A stretch of 64,000 nucleotides of DNA from NCBI GenBank assembly GCA_038205395.1, contig JBBRBX010000012.1, positions 3,298-67,297 of the forward strand, in the 5' to 3' direction. The notes beneath the pieces were generated by a model. That model was not told the DNA's origin, ran no database searches, and saw only the letters and a program-made list of their open reading frames with translations. Shown piece after piece: positions 47,851 to 57,783 of this stretch. The DNA comes from Caldilineales bacterium (GTDB lineage: Bacteria > Chloroflexota > Anaerolineae > Caldilineales > Caldilineaceae). Made by a program: the position numbers and the translations under genes. Position 1 is the first letter of the stretch. Every line of letters begins with the position of its first letter.

Positions 47851-47935
47851 TGCTATATTATCGCTGCCAGGGTTGTGGTTGGCCTCACCGGCCGGCCTTC
47901 GGGGGACAACCCTGGCATTTTCGTCTCCTTTTTTT
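47851..47935 (+). ncRNA. Candidate small RNA or attenuator: promoter, 11-bp-closed structured hairpin, and U-tract
   Basis: Extended -10 TGcTATATT lies at 47851-47859. The hairpin GCCAGGGTTGT...ACAACCCTGGC (47866-47916) encloses a GC-rich insert with a C(UUCG)G motif, followed by ATTTTCGTCTCCTTTTTTTG. It sits about 190 nt upstream of ftsH, which has its own promoter-like TAGCCA-18-TACAAT near 48064-48093. Confidence 0.3.
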
Positions 47936-48126
47936 GTGCCTTTTGCGCCACACCTATCGCTTCTTCTGCTGTTCTCTTCGCTGCTGTGACGGCTTCACGA
48001 TAAAATTGACGCCCATTCGTGGAAAACTGCCCAGAAGCTGTTGGGCAAACGTATTTGCCGTCACTAGCCAGATGCTTGATCTTTTTGGTACAATAGCGTT
48101 ATTAGGCAACCCTGCAGGAGGAATGC

Positions 48127-49947
48127 ATGAATGCAAATTGGAGCCGTAACGCCTTCGTCTATCTGTTGATTATTGTGGCGGCGGCGGCTTTGTTCATCAA
48201 TATTTATCAGCCTGGCGAAACCCCGGAACAGATCACCTTGAGTCAGTTGGCTACGGCAGTGGAAGGCGGCCATGTCAGCGGAATCGTGGTGCGCGAGGAT
48301 GAGGTGCACGTCACCCTGAAAGATAATGGCGGCGCTGTCGTCACGCGGCGCGAGCCGGGTGTTCCCGTCACCGAAACATTGACGGCGATGGGCGTGCCGG
48401 CCGAAAATCTGGCCGCGATTGATATTCGCTTTGAATCGCCCAGCAATGCCGGCAACTGGCTGTCGCTTCTTATCAACCTGCTGCCGATTGTTTTTATTGG
48501 CGCACTCTTTTTCTTTCTCTTCCGCCAGACACAGGGCAGCAACAACCAGGCCCTCTCGTTCGGCAAGAGCAAAGCGCGGTTATTCACCGGAGACAAGCCT
48601 ACCGTTAAATTTGACGATGTGGCCGGCGCCGAAGAATCGAAGCAGGAACTGCAAGAAGTAGTGGAGTTTCTTAAGGAGCCGCAGAAGTTCGCCGCTCTGG
48701 GCGCACGCATCCCCAAGGGTGTGCTGCTGGTCGGCCCTCCCGGCACCGGCAAGACGCTGATGGCCAAAGCCGTCTCCGGCGAGGCCGGCGTACCCTTCTT
48801 CAGCATCTCCGGCTCTGAATTTGTCGAGATGTTTGTCGGCGTCGGCGCCAGCCGTGTGCGCGACCTCTTTGAGCAGGCAAAACGGAACAGCCCCTGTATT
48901 ATCTTTATTGATGAGATCGATGCGGTGGGCCGTTATCGCGGCACCGGCTTGGGTGGTTCGCACGACGAACGCGAGCAGACGCTCAACCAGATTCTGGTGG
49001 AGATGGACGGCTTTGGCACGGACACCAATGTGATTTTGATCGCCGCCACCAACCGGCCCGACATTTTGGACCCGGCGCTGCTGCGCCCTGGCCGCTTTGA
49101 CCGCCGTGTCACGATGGATCGTCCGGATGTGCAGGGGCGCCATGCTATTCTGGATGTGCATATCAAAGGCAAGCCGATTGAGCCGAATGTAGATGTCGAG
49201 CGCATCGCTAAGCAGACGCCGGGTTTTGTCGGTGCTGACCTGGAGAACGTGGTGAACGAAGCTGCGATCCTGGCCGCCCGGCGTAACAAGCGGGCGATTG
49301 GCATGAGCGAACTGCAAGAGGCGGTCGAGCGGGTCGCCATGGGCGGACCAGAACGGCGCAGCCGTCTGATTTCGGCCAAGGAAAAGGAAGTGGTCGCTTA
49401 TCACGAGGCCGGCCACGCCGTGGTGGCTCGGCTGTGTGAACAGTCTGACCCGGTGCAAAAGGTCACGATTGTCCCGCGTGGACGCGCTGGTGGCTATGTA
49501 TGGCGTGTCGCTGACCGCGACCGCGTTATGGCCAACCGCACCTACTTTATGGACAACATTGCTGTAGCCTTGGGTGGCCGCGTTGCTGAGGAATTGGTGT
49601 TCGGTGATGTTTCCAACGGCGCCTCTATGGATATTCAACAGCTTACGCAGTTGGCACGCGCGATGGTCACCAAGTATGGGATGAGTGACCTCATGGGGCC
49701 GCTCCAGTTTGGCCAACAGGACGAAATGGTCTTTTTGGGACGTGAGCTGGCGGAACAGCGCGATTACAGTGAAGAGGTGGCGGAGGAAATCGATATGGAA
49801 GTGCGGCGCATTGTCAACGAGGCTTATGATCGGGTGCGCACACTTTTAGGTGAAAATGTGCAGAAGCTGCACAACGTCGCTCGTGCACTCCTTGAGGATG
49901 AGACGCTTAACTTCGATGAGTTTGAAGAAGTGTTTGCACGCGCCTAG
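48127..49947 (+). CDS. ftsH: ATP-dependent zinc metalloprotease FtsH
   Basis: N-terminal TM pair, AAA+ motifs ([27 protein letters not shown] region), and the HEAGHAV zinc site. GGAGGA SD. Confidence 0.96.
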   Translation: MNANWSRNAFVYLLIIVAAAALFINIYQPGETPEQITLSQLATAVEGGHVSGIVVREDEVHVTLKDNGGAVVTRREPGVPVTETLTAMGVPAENLAAIDIRFESPSNAGNWLSLLINLLPIVFIGALFFFLFRQTQGSNNQALSFGKSKARLFTGDKPTVKFDDVAGAEESKQELQEVVEFLKEPQKFAALGARIPKGVLLVGPPGTGKTLMAKAVSGEAGVPFFSISGSEFVEMFVGVGASRVRDLFEQAKRNSPCIIFIDEIDAVGRYRGTGLGGSHDEREQTLNQILVEMDGFGTDTNVILIAATNRPDILDPALLRPGRFDRRVTMDRPDVQGRHAILDVHIKGKPIEPNVDVERIAKQTPGFVGADLENVVNEAAILAARRNKRAIGMSELQEAVERVAMGGPERRSRLISAKEKEVVAYHEAGHAVVARLCEQSDPVQKVTIVPRGRAGGYVWRVADRDRVMANRTYFMDNIAVALGGRVAEELVFGDVSNGASMDIQQLTQLARAMVTKYGMSDLMGPLQFGQQDEMVFLGRELAEQRDYSEEVAEEIDMEVRRIVNEAYDRVRTLLGENVQKLHNVARALLEDETLNFDEFEEVFARA

Positions 49948-49973
49948 TTTCGTCCCGAGCCGATAGACGCAAC

Positions 49974-50010
49974 CGCCGGCAGAACGAACTTCGTTCTGCC
50001 GGCGTTCTTT
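49974..50010 (+). terminator. Intrinsic terminator after ftsH
   Basis: CGCCGGCAGAACG-AACTT-CGTTCTGCCGGCG (13-bp stem) followed by TTCTTTT. Confidence 0.8.
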
Positions 50011-50088
50011 TCCTCCTTGCACGTGCTATAATATTCCGGCTTCCTCAGCAGCCAGTGAATAGATGCTGGTCGGAGTGCGAGGTGAAGG

Positions 50089-50733
50089 ATGCAGCAAGCT
50101 TCTCAACGTGTAGATCAGACTGAAAAACCGGTGCGTGCTGAACATTGTACGCTGTATCAACGCTCGATCTTGCTGGACGTGGCACGCCGGACGCTTGTTC
50201 GTGGCCTGGCGCGGCAGGAGGCGCTGCCGTTTGTCGCCGATCAGGTGGCGGCTCTTGCCGTGGCTGCGCTGCCGGAAAGTGACAGGGTGGTGCTTCTGAC
50301 GCCGGCGGCAGCTTTTGTTACTCTGTGGCGGCGAGATGATGGCGACTTGCGTGGCTGTCGCGGCGAGACAACGGCCTCCCGGCCATTGGCTGCCGCGGTG
50401 GCGCATATGGCGCTGGCTGCAGCCGGCGACGATCCGCGTTTTTCAGCGGTGACGGCGCGCGAACTGCCGCAGTTGCGGATTGAAATCAGCGTGCTTTCAG
50501 CTTGTACACCCATCGCTGCGGCCGATGTGGAGATTGGCCGGCATGGGCTGCTCGTGGTGCAAGGCAGCCGGCGCGGTCTGCTTCTGCCTCAGGTGGCGGT
50601 GGAACATCACTTGTCGCAGCGTGCGTTTCTGGCGGCAGTCTGCTCTAAAGCCGGGCTATCTCCTGACGCCTGGCGTTCACCGCAGGTAGCCCTCTGGGCT
50701 TTTACAACGGAATCCTGGGAAGAAGAAGCCTGA
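50089..50733 (+). CDS. AMMECR1-domain protein
   Basis: DDPRF..V...EL..L.IEISVL and HGLLVVQGSRRGLLLPQV are AMMECR1 signatures. Confidence 0.85.
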   Translation: MQQASQRVDQTEKPVRAEHCTLYQRSILLDVARRTLVRGLARQEALPFVADQVAALAVAALPESDRVVLLTPAAAFVTLWRRDDGDLRGCRGETTASRPLAAAVAHMALAAAGDDPRFSAVTARELPQLRIEISVLSACTPIAAADVEIGRHGLLVVQGSRRGLLLPQVAVEHHLSQRAFLAAVCSKAGLSPDAWRSPQVALWAFTTESWEEEA

Positions 50734-50765
50734 CATCGCGGCTCCCCTGACAGTCAAGCCGGTTG

Positions 50766-51188
50766 TTACACCTTCTTCTCCTGCATCAAGCCGGCGACCA
50801 CCAATAAGGCGCTGCCGCCTAACATCACCCACCAAGGTGTGTTCGTAGTGATGGAGTCTGCAACTTGATGTAACATGGGCATTGAAGCAGCCTGTGAAGC
50901 CAGTTCGTTTACGCTGTACTCAACGGTCTGTAGGTCGGTGTTGCGCCGCAGATAGGCCCACGCCACGACTGTCAACGTGAGCAGTCCAAACGTGAAGAGC
51001 TTGGCCGGGCTGCCGATAAACACCAGAAGTATGGCCATCAGTGCAAGCGCAATGAGAATCAGCCCATTGGTTTGCTGGTCGGAAAAGTATGAGATATACC
51101 CAGCCATTCTGGTGAGGCGCGCCGGTACAAATACACCAGCCGCGAGTATACAGGCGCCAAGTGTAGCTACAATCTTGTACCCTTCCAT
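50766..51188 (-). CDS. Hypothetical membrane protein
   Basis: 140-aa ORF with 4 TM helices. No family recognised. Confidence 0.5.
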   Translation of the reverse strand: MEGYKIVATLGACILAAGVFVPARLTRMAGYISYFSDQQTNGLILIALALMAILLVFIGSPAKLFTFGLLTLTVVAWAYLRRNTDLQTVEYSVNELASQAASMPMLHQVADSITTNTPWWVMLGGSALLVVAGLMQEKKV

Positions 51189-51373
51189 AGTTTCCCTTTA
51201 CACCCTGGAGCAAGGCGGCGCCACCCGCGTTTAGTGGGGTCGCATTCTTAGGGCTTTGGCTGTATCCTAGCATAGTCTTGGTCGCGACTGGTCGGTCAAA
51301 TGTATGAGTTTCAGTTGCCAATTCAGGCCGTATCTGCAGAACAATGTAAGCCGCAGTGAGATATTGAGGTTCC

Positions 51374-53032
51374 ATGGAGCAAAGTCTTGAGCAAAGTCTA
51401 GTCCAAGCGCTGGAAAAGGCGCGCAATTTTGAGGCGATCGTCAATCACAGCCGATCCGTCGTGATGCGCTGGCGTGTCGACTCAGACTACTTTATCGAAT
51501 ATGTCACGCAGAATGTCGAACAGTTTGGCTTTGCTGCAGACCAGTTGATGAGCGGCGAAGTTGCCTGGACGGAGCGCCTCCACCCGGAGGATGCTGAACA
51601 TTTTGAAGCTAAGCTCAGCGCCTATTTGGCTGCGGACGTGGACGAATATGTGCTCGAGTATCGCATTTTGGATCGCAACGATGCCGTGCGCTGGGTGACG
51701 GACCGTTCTCATGCCTTTCGCGATGCCGACGGGCAAATCACTGGCTATGTCAGTGTAATCGTCGATATCACCGAACGAATGCAGCGTGAGCGCGAGTTGG
51801 AACTGCTGGCGACAACTGCTGCCGCCTTGAGCAAAGTCCTCACGCAAGCGCAGGCCCAGCACCTTATCTTGCGGTCGGTCTGCCAGGCTTTCACAACGGA
51901 TACGGCGGCTGTCGCCAGTTTAACGGGTGCTGCCGGTGCATTGCATATCGATCTAGGCTGCGGCGAATGGCTTGCCGCCACTGGGTGCACGCAGCCGTCG
52001 TCGCAAGGTGGCGCTGCCCTTGTCCTGACGGAGCGCCAACCGCAGGTCAGTGAAGAGCTGATCAACAATCCTTTTATCTTGACGCCTGCACTGCTGCAGC
52101 GTGCACGGGCAGCCGCCTGTGCACCCCTGCTGGTCGGCGAGTCTGTCAGCGGCGTTCTGGCTGTCGCGCGTGTAAAGCCGTTCACCCCCAGCGATGTGCG
52201 CCTTTTGGCTACGCTGGCGGATATGGCTGCCGGCGCCCTGGATCGGGTTGCGGTGATGGAAAACTTGGAACAGCGGGTAGCGCAGCGGACGCAGGACCTG
52301 ATGGAGGCAAATCTGCATCTGGAACGGCTGGCCCATCATAAAGACGAATTTTTGGCGACGATGAGCCACGAACTGCGCACGCCGTTGACAGCCGTCTTGG
52401 GATTGAGCGAGGCGCTCGAGACCGGTGTCTATGACCCGCTCAATCAACGGCAGCAGCGGGCGGTGCAGGTGATTCTGCAAAGTGGCCGCCACCTTCTGCA
52501 TCTGATCAACGACTTGCTCGATCTATCGCGTATCGAAGCTGGTCAGTTGGAGCTGCAGCTGGAGCCTTGCTATCTGAACATGGTCTGCCAATCGTGTATC
52601 AGCCTTCTATCCGAAATCGCCAAGAGCAAAGGCCAGCAGATCATCATGGAGGCGCCGCAATCGGTGGTGCTGACTGCGGACACACGCCGGCTGCACCAAC
52701 TTTTGCTGAACCTGCTGGGCAATGCCAGCAAGTTTACACCGGAAGGAGGCACCATCTCGCTGTGCGTGTTGGGCGATACGCAGACGGAGACGGTCACGAT
52801 TGAAGTAGCCGACACCGGCATCGGCATCGCAGAAAAGGATCAGGAACGCATTTTTGAGCCGTTTGTGCAGTTGGATTCGCGCCTTGCTCGCCAGTACATG
52901 GGCACAGGGCTGGGGCTGGCGCTTGTAAAGCGCATCGCCATCTTGCATGGCGGCCATATCCGCGTCATCAGTCAACCGGAACAAGGCAGCCGCTTTGTGG
53001 TCACGCTGCCCTGGCACATTCCGACCGCGTAG
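51374..53032 (+). CDS. Sensor histidine kinase (PAS-GAF-HisKA-HATPase), cytoplasmic
   Basis: PAS (WRVDSDYFIEYV...DGQITGYVSVIVDITERM), a GAF-like segment, H-box MSHELRTPLTAVLG, N-box LLGNASKFT, and G-boxes DTGIGI and GTGLGLALV. Confidence 0.9.
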   Translation: MEQSLEQSLVQALEKARNFEAIVNHSRSVVMRWRVDSDYFIEYVTQNVEQFGFAADQLMSGEVAWTERLHPEDAEHFEAKLSAYLAADVDEYVLEYRILDRNDAVRWVTDRSHAFRDADGQITGYVSVIVDITERMQRERELELLATTAAALSKVLTQAQAQHLILRSVCQAFTTDTAAVASLTGAAGALHIDLGCGEWLAATGCTQPSSQGGAALVLTERQPQVSEELINNPFILTPALLQRARAAACAPLLVGESVSGVLAVARVKPFTPSDVRLLATLADMAAGALDRVAVMENLEQRVAQRTQDLMEANLHLERLAHHKDEFLATMSHELRTPLTAVLGLSEALETGVYDPLNQRQQRAVQVILQSGRHLLHLINDLLDLSRIEAGQLELQLEPCYLNMVCQSCISLLSEIAKSKGQQIIMEAPQSVVLTADTRRLHQLLLNLLGNASKFTPEGGTISLCVLGDTQTETVTIEVADTGIGIAEKDQERIFEPFVQLDSRLARQYMGTGLGLALVKRIAILHGGHIRVISQPEQGSRFVVTLPWHIPTA

Positions 53033-53051
53033 TTGCCTCCGACTCGTCCGT

Positions 53052-55382
53052 TCAGGTTGTCAGTTCGTCGTCTCCCCTGCCGCCCGCTGTCTCTGCTTCC
53101 TCGTCTTCTTCTCTTTGATTGAGCAGCACCTGGCGCCCGCGACCGCCCCCCAGATCCGGCCCGACCACCCGCCGCTTCTCCAGTTCTTCCATCAGGCGCG
53201 CCGCTTTGGGATAGCCCAGCCCCATCCGCCGCTGCAGCATGCTGGCGCTGCAAGTGCGCAGGTTGCGCACCACGTCAATTGCGTCCTGGATCAATTCTTG
53301 GTTGTCGCCCAACTGATCCATGATGCTGTTCCATGGCGCTGGGGTAGGCGGCGGCGGGGTGGACGGCGTCTCGGCGGCCTGCGCTTTCCAATACTTGACC
53401 ACGCCCCCGATTTCTTCGTCTGATACGTAGCAGCCTTGCAGACGAGTGAGTTTGCCCACATCCGGCCGCATCAGCAGCATATCGCCGCGTCCCAACAGCG
53501 CTTCGGCGCCGGGCGTATCCAGGATGACGCGGCTGTCAATCTGGCTGGTGACGGAAAAGGAGATGCGCGTCGGAAAATTTGCCTTGATCAGACCCGTAAT
53601 GACGTCTGTGCTGGGCCGCTGCGTAGCGAGCACAAGGTGAATCCCCGTGGCGCGCGCCATCTGCGCCAGACGGCAAATCTGCCGTTCGATGTCGTCCGCC
53701 GCCGTCATCATCAAGTCCGCCAGTTCATCAATGACCAGAACAATAAACGGCAGCGGCTGCACATCCTTGCGTTTGCGCACGGCAAGGTTGTAGGATTCGA
53801 TGTTGCGCACGCCCATGTCCCGAAAGAGCTGATAGCGATCGTCCATCTGCAGCAGCAGCCAGGTGAGCGCGCCCATGACATGCTCCACATCGATGATGAC
53901 CTTGCCGTAAAGATGCGGGATGCCGTTGTAGCCTGGCAGCTCCACCATCTTTGGATCAACCAGCACAAAGCGCAGCGATTCCGGGCCATGCTTCATCAGC
54001 AGACCTGTGACAATGCTGTTGATGCAGACGGACTTGCCTGATCCCGTAGAGCCGGCAATTAAGAGGTGGGGCGCTTTTGTGAGATCCAACACAACGGGAT
54101 GGCCTGCCGTGTTGCGTCCCAATGGCAGCACCAACATGCCTCCTTTGGCCATTTCTGCGCTTTCGACAACGCCGCGCATGCTGACCAGGGACTTGTTGGG
54201 GTTGGGCACTTCGATCCCCACATACGGGCGGCCCGGCACCGGCGCTTCAATACGCACGGCCGGCGCAGCCAAGGCCAGGGCCAGGTCGTTGGCCAGGCCT
54301 ACAATGCGGTTGACGCGTACTTTACGTTTTTGCCCCGCACGCTCGGTGTAAAGCGGCTCCAGCCCAAATTGGGTGACGGTCGGCCCTGTCTCTACGTGCA
54401 CCACCCGCACCGGCACATTGAAATCTTCCAGTGTGTCTAGGAGAAGCTTTTCCATCTCGGCGACATCGGCATTGCCATAGACGCCGGCGTCTGCGTTCAG
54501 CAGATCGGCCGGCGGCAGCAGCTCCGGCGGGCGCAGCCGGTAAGCCGGCGGGCTTTTGCCTGCATTCTTGTCTGCCGGCTTGACCGGCTGCTGGTTGACC
54601 AGCTGTGTGGCGGATGCAGGCCGCGCATCTGTCTGCGCACTCCGGCGCGCCACCGCCGGCTTGGGCGGCAGTTGGTCCGGCTCCGCCGGCGGGGCATTGG
54701 GCGCCACAAAGGCCGGCGGCGGCATACGCGCCGGCGCGTGCGGCGGCCTTGGTGGCCGGCTGCGCTGCGGCGCCACAAAGTTGGGCGTGTGCGGCAGGAA
54801 GGCAGCTCCATCTGTGTCTAAACCAAAAATGCGGCGCACCCTATGCAGGCCGGATCGCCCTCTACAGAGGCCGTCGACGGCGTAGATCAAGGGCGTAAAA
54901 CGCAGCAGCAAATAGACTCCCCCTAAAAGCAGCACAACGGCGAGCAAGAGAGCCAGCCAGCGGCCCAGCACCGCCATCAATAAATTGCCCATTGCCCAAC
55001 CAATCAGGCCGCCGCCTGACCCATCCAGCCGTACGCGCCAATCCACGCTTTTGTTAGCCCTGATGAATGTGCCCGCTTGCAGCCCCAACAGCAGCAGTTC
55101 GGCCCCGACCAGGGCTTCTGCGCTCCAATAGCCGGCGCGCCGGCCCAGCAGCAGCACAACCCCGACTACGAGAAAGAGGGCAGCCATCAGCCAGCCGGTC
55201 CAGCCGGCGAGCACGATCAGCAGCGGCGCGGCGGCTGTGCCGCCCGGGTTGTGGCGCAGCAAGGAAATCAGCATAACCACGCCGGCTACGGCAATGGCGC
55301 CACCCAGCAGCTCGCGGCGCATGCTGCCGCCCAGGGTGCGCAATTGTGTCTCCAGTTGTGAGGGCAAGCGGCGTTGCGACAT
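53052..55382 (-). CDS. ftsK: DNA translocase FtsK
   Basis: N-terminal TM helices, a Pro-rich linker, the motor domain (HLLIAGSTGSGKSVCIN, VLVIDELADLMM, LATQRPSTDVITG), and the gamma winged-helix domain (SMLQRRMGLGYPKAARLMEELE). Confidence 0.95.
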   Translation of the reverse strand: MSQRRLPSQLETQLRTLGGSMRRELLGGAIAVAGVVMLISLLRHNPGGTAAAPLLIVLAGWTGWLMAALFLVVGVVLLLGRRAGYWSAEALVGAELLLLGLQAGTFIRANKSVDWRVRLDGSGGGLIGWAMGNLLMAVLGRWLALLLAVVLLLGGVYLLLRFTPLIYAVDGLCRGRSGLHRVRRIFGLDTDGAAFLPHTPNFVAPQRSRPPRPPHAPARMPPPAFVAPNAPPAEPDQLPPKPAVARRSAQTDARPASATQLVNQQPVKPADKNAGKSPPAYRLRPPELLPPADLLNADAGVYGNADVAEMEKLLLDTLEDFNVPVRVVHVETGPTVTQFGLEPLYTERAGQKRKVRVNRIVGLANDLALALAAPAVRIEAPVPGRPYVGIEVPNPNKSLVSMRGVVESAEMAKGGMLVLPLGRNTAGHPVVLDLTKAPHLLIAGSTGSGKSVCINSIVTGLLMKHGPESLRFVLVDPKMVELPGYNGIPHLYGKVIIDVEHVMGALTWLLLQMDDRYQLFRDMGVRNIESYNLAVRKRKDVQPLPFIVLVIDELADLMMTAADDIERQICRLAQMARATGIHLVLATQRPSTDVITGLIKANFPTRISFSVTSQIDSRVILDTPGAEALLGRGDMLLMRPDVGKLTRLQGCYVSDEEIGGVVKYWKAQAAETPSTPPPPTPAPWNSIMDQLGDNQELIQDAIDVVRNLRTCSASMLQRRMGLGYPKAARLMEELEKRRVVGPDLGGGRGRQVLLNQREEDEEAETAGGRGDDELTT

Positions 55383-55421
55383 GATGTTAGCGTGAAGTTC
55401 CTGGCGGGTATAATGGTGTCA

Positions 55422-56213
55422 TCAACCGGCTGCCGTGGCCGGCGCCGATTGGCCTGCTTCTTGCAGCAGCCGTTCGATGGCGGCGGCAACGCCATCATCG
55501 TTGGCGGCGTCCGTAATCCAATCCGCCGCGGCCTTGACTTCGTCGAGCGCATTGCCCATAGCAATGCCGATGCGCGCCCGGCGCAGCATTTCGCTGTCAT
55601 TGATGTCATCGCCGATCGCGGCCAGGGCATCAAAGGTCAAGCCGCGCTGTTCAAGCAGATGGCCGAGCGCATCCGCCTTGTCGGTGGTGCTGCCGCACAA
55701 CTGCACCATGCTGAATTTGGGGGTGATCAGCGCGCGTGTGGTGACGGGCAGTGCGGCCAGCAGCGGCGCCATATCCTCGCGTTCTTCGGCAAACAGGAAA
55801 ATAATCTTGGCCGCCGGCTGGTCGCACATGCTGAGCAAGTCCTCTACAAGGCGGGCATCTGTTTTCCCGCCGGCGCGGTTCAAATAGAGCACATCGTCGA
55901 TCTCCAAGCCGATGTGCCAGTGCGGCCGGCTGGCCGCTGTCCATTCGAGCACGGCGCGCACATCGGCCGGCGTAATTTCGTTGCGGTAGATGACCTTGCC
56001 CTCGATGATCACTTGTGCTCCGTTATAGACGATACGCGGGACACTTTGCAGTTCTGCCGGCAGCACACTGTCGATCCAACGTGGAGGGCGGCCGGTGGCC
56101 ACAATCAACTCATGGCCGGCCTCCAGCCAACGGCGCAAAGCCAGCACCGTGCGCTCCCCAATCGTTTTGTCGGTGCGCAGCAGAGTGTCGTCTAAATCAA
56201 GAGCCAAAATCAT
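55422..56213 (-). CDS. Cof-type HAD-IIB phosphatase
   Basis: ILALDLDDTLL (DxD motif I), the ATGR motif, and IGDDINDSEML...GIAMGNA motif IV. Confidence 0.9.
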   Translation of the reverse strand: MILALDLDDTLLRTDKTIGERTVLALRRWLEAGHELIVATGRPPRWIDSVLPAELQSVPRIVYNGAQVIIEGKVIYRNEITPADVRAVLEWTAASRPHWHIGLEIDDVLYLNRAGGKTDARLVEDLLSMCDQPAAKIIFLFAEEREDMAPLLAALPVTTRALITPKFSMVQLCGSTTDKADALGHLLEQRGLTFDALAAIGDDINDSEMLRRARIGIAMGNALDEVKAAADWITDAANDDGVAAAIERLLQEAGQSAPATAAG

Positions 56214-56238
56214 AATGCGCGAATCCTATTCTAAGGTC

Positions 56239-57744
56239 TTATTCTACGCGGTACAGCAGATCGACTACACGTTTCAGCAGTTGCGTAACCAGGCCATGCA
56301 TGGGCATCGTGGCTGCCATCCCGTACACCGGCGCCATGCCGCTGCTGCTGCCAGGCTGCAGACGCGTCGCCTCCACCGCCGCACGCAGATCGTCCATAAA
56401 GCGCTGCGCCACGCCTGGCTGGGTATGGCGCAGGGTGACACAAAGATGAATGGCCGGTGGATGGTGCAGCCCGTTCAGGCTCCACCCACGTGCCGCCATC
56501 AATTCCAGAACCTGGTAGATGTTGAGCGCCGGCGCCGTAAAAGCGATAACAAACAGCGGATCGCCCAGCACAACCAGGTCGGGCATCTGCTCAATCCAGC
56601 GGCGAATCAGTTGTGAGGTGGCCAGAATGCGGGCGGTGGCTTGCAGATAACCCTCCTCACCCATGCTGACCATTGCAGCCCAACAGGCGGCGCTGAGGCC
56701 GCCTGGGCGGCTGCCTGCCAGCGTAGGCGAGAAGTACAGCCCGCCCGGCCAATCCGCCACCGCATAATATTGGCAGCGTCTCAGTTCCTCACCTCGATAG
56801 AGTACCACAGAGGTGCCTTTGGCGGCATAGCCGTACTTGTGCGTGTCGGCAGACATGGAAGTGACGCCCTGCAGCCGAAAGTCAAAAGCAGGGACGGCAC
56901 AGCCCAGCCGCTGCGCCCACGGCAGCACAAAACCGCCCAGGCAGGCGTCCACATGCAGCCCGATGCCATGTGCTTCCGCCAGCGCCGCCAGTTCGGGAAT
57001 CGGATCGAGCGCGCCGTGCGGAAACGAAGGCGCCGACCCCACCAACCCGATGGTGTTGCGGTTGATGGCGGCGGCCATGCCGTTGACGTCGGCGCGGAAG
57101 TCTGCGCCGACGGGGATGCGAATCAGCTTGATGCCAAAGGATTGCGCGGCTTTGTCAAAGGCGGCATGGGCGGTGCTGGGCGCCACAAGCTGGGGATGTT
57201 TCACCCCGCGCCGCTCGCGCGCCCAATCGCGGTAGGTGCGCATCGCCAGCAAGATGCTCTCTGTGCCGCCGGATGTAACCGTCCCCACAACAGCGTCAGC
57301 GGTCTGCGCCGCACCCAACATGTGCGCCGTCATCGCCACAATCTCCGCTTCATACTTGACTGTACTGGGCCACAAGTCGAAGTGCAGCGGGTTGCTCTGC
57401 GCATTCAGCGCATACACCTGATTCAGGAAGGTAATATGCTCCGGGTCGCCTTGATAAACAGCGCCGGACACAAAGCCCTCCTGCCAGCGGCTGCTCTCTG
57501 TGGCCTGCAGCGCCTGCATCTCCGCCAAGATTTCGAGGCGGGGACGGCCCTGGCGCGGCAGCCGTTTCAGCGCCGGCAGCGTATGCTTGTAAGGGTGCAC
57601 CGCCTCATCCAGCCCTTCAATGATGCCGGCGTAGAATTCGTCGATTTTTCGCTGCGCCCCTGGAATTCTGCGCAAGCTGCGCTCGATCAGCGCGACCAGC
57701 GGGGCGGGAAGATAGGCAAATAAAGACAAAAGCTGCTGCATCAC
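56239..57744 (-). CDS. PLP-dependent group II decarboxylase-fold enzyme, sphingosine-1-phosphate-lyase-like
   Basis: [11 protein letters not shown] and [22 protein letters not shown] (PLP-lysine block) match the SPL/Dpl1-type pattern rather than GadB. Confidence 0.87.
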   Translation of the reverse strand: MMQQLLSLFAYLPAPLVALIERSLRRIPGAQRKIDEFYAGIIEGLDEAVHPYKHTLPALKRLPRQGRPRLEILAEMQALQATESSRWQEGFVSGAVYQGDPEHITFLNQVYALNAQSNPLHFDLWPSTVKYEAEIVAMTAHMLGAAQTADAVVGTVTSGGTESILLAMRTYRDWARERRGVKHPQLVAPSTAHAAFDKAAQSFGIKLIRIPVGADFRADVNGMAAAINRNTIGLVGSAPSFPHGALDPIPELAALAEAHGIGLHVDACLGGFVLPWAQRLGCAVPAFDFRLQGVTSMSADTHKYGYAAKGTSVVLYRGEELRRCQYYAVADWPGGLYFSPTLAGSRPGGLSAACWAAMVSMGEEGYLQATARILATSQLIRRWIEQMPDLVVLGDPLFVIAFTAPALNIYQVLELMAARGWSLNGLHHPPAIHLCVTLRHTQPGVAQRFMDDLRAAVEATRLQPGSSSGMAPVYGMAATMPMHGLVTQLLKRVVDLLYRVE

Positions 57745-57783
57745 TATCTCCTGTGGGCGCCAACCGGCGTATCTGCCGGCGCT

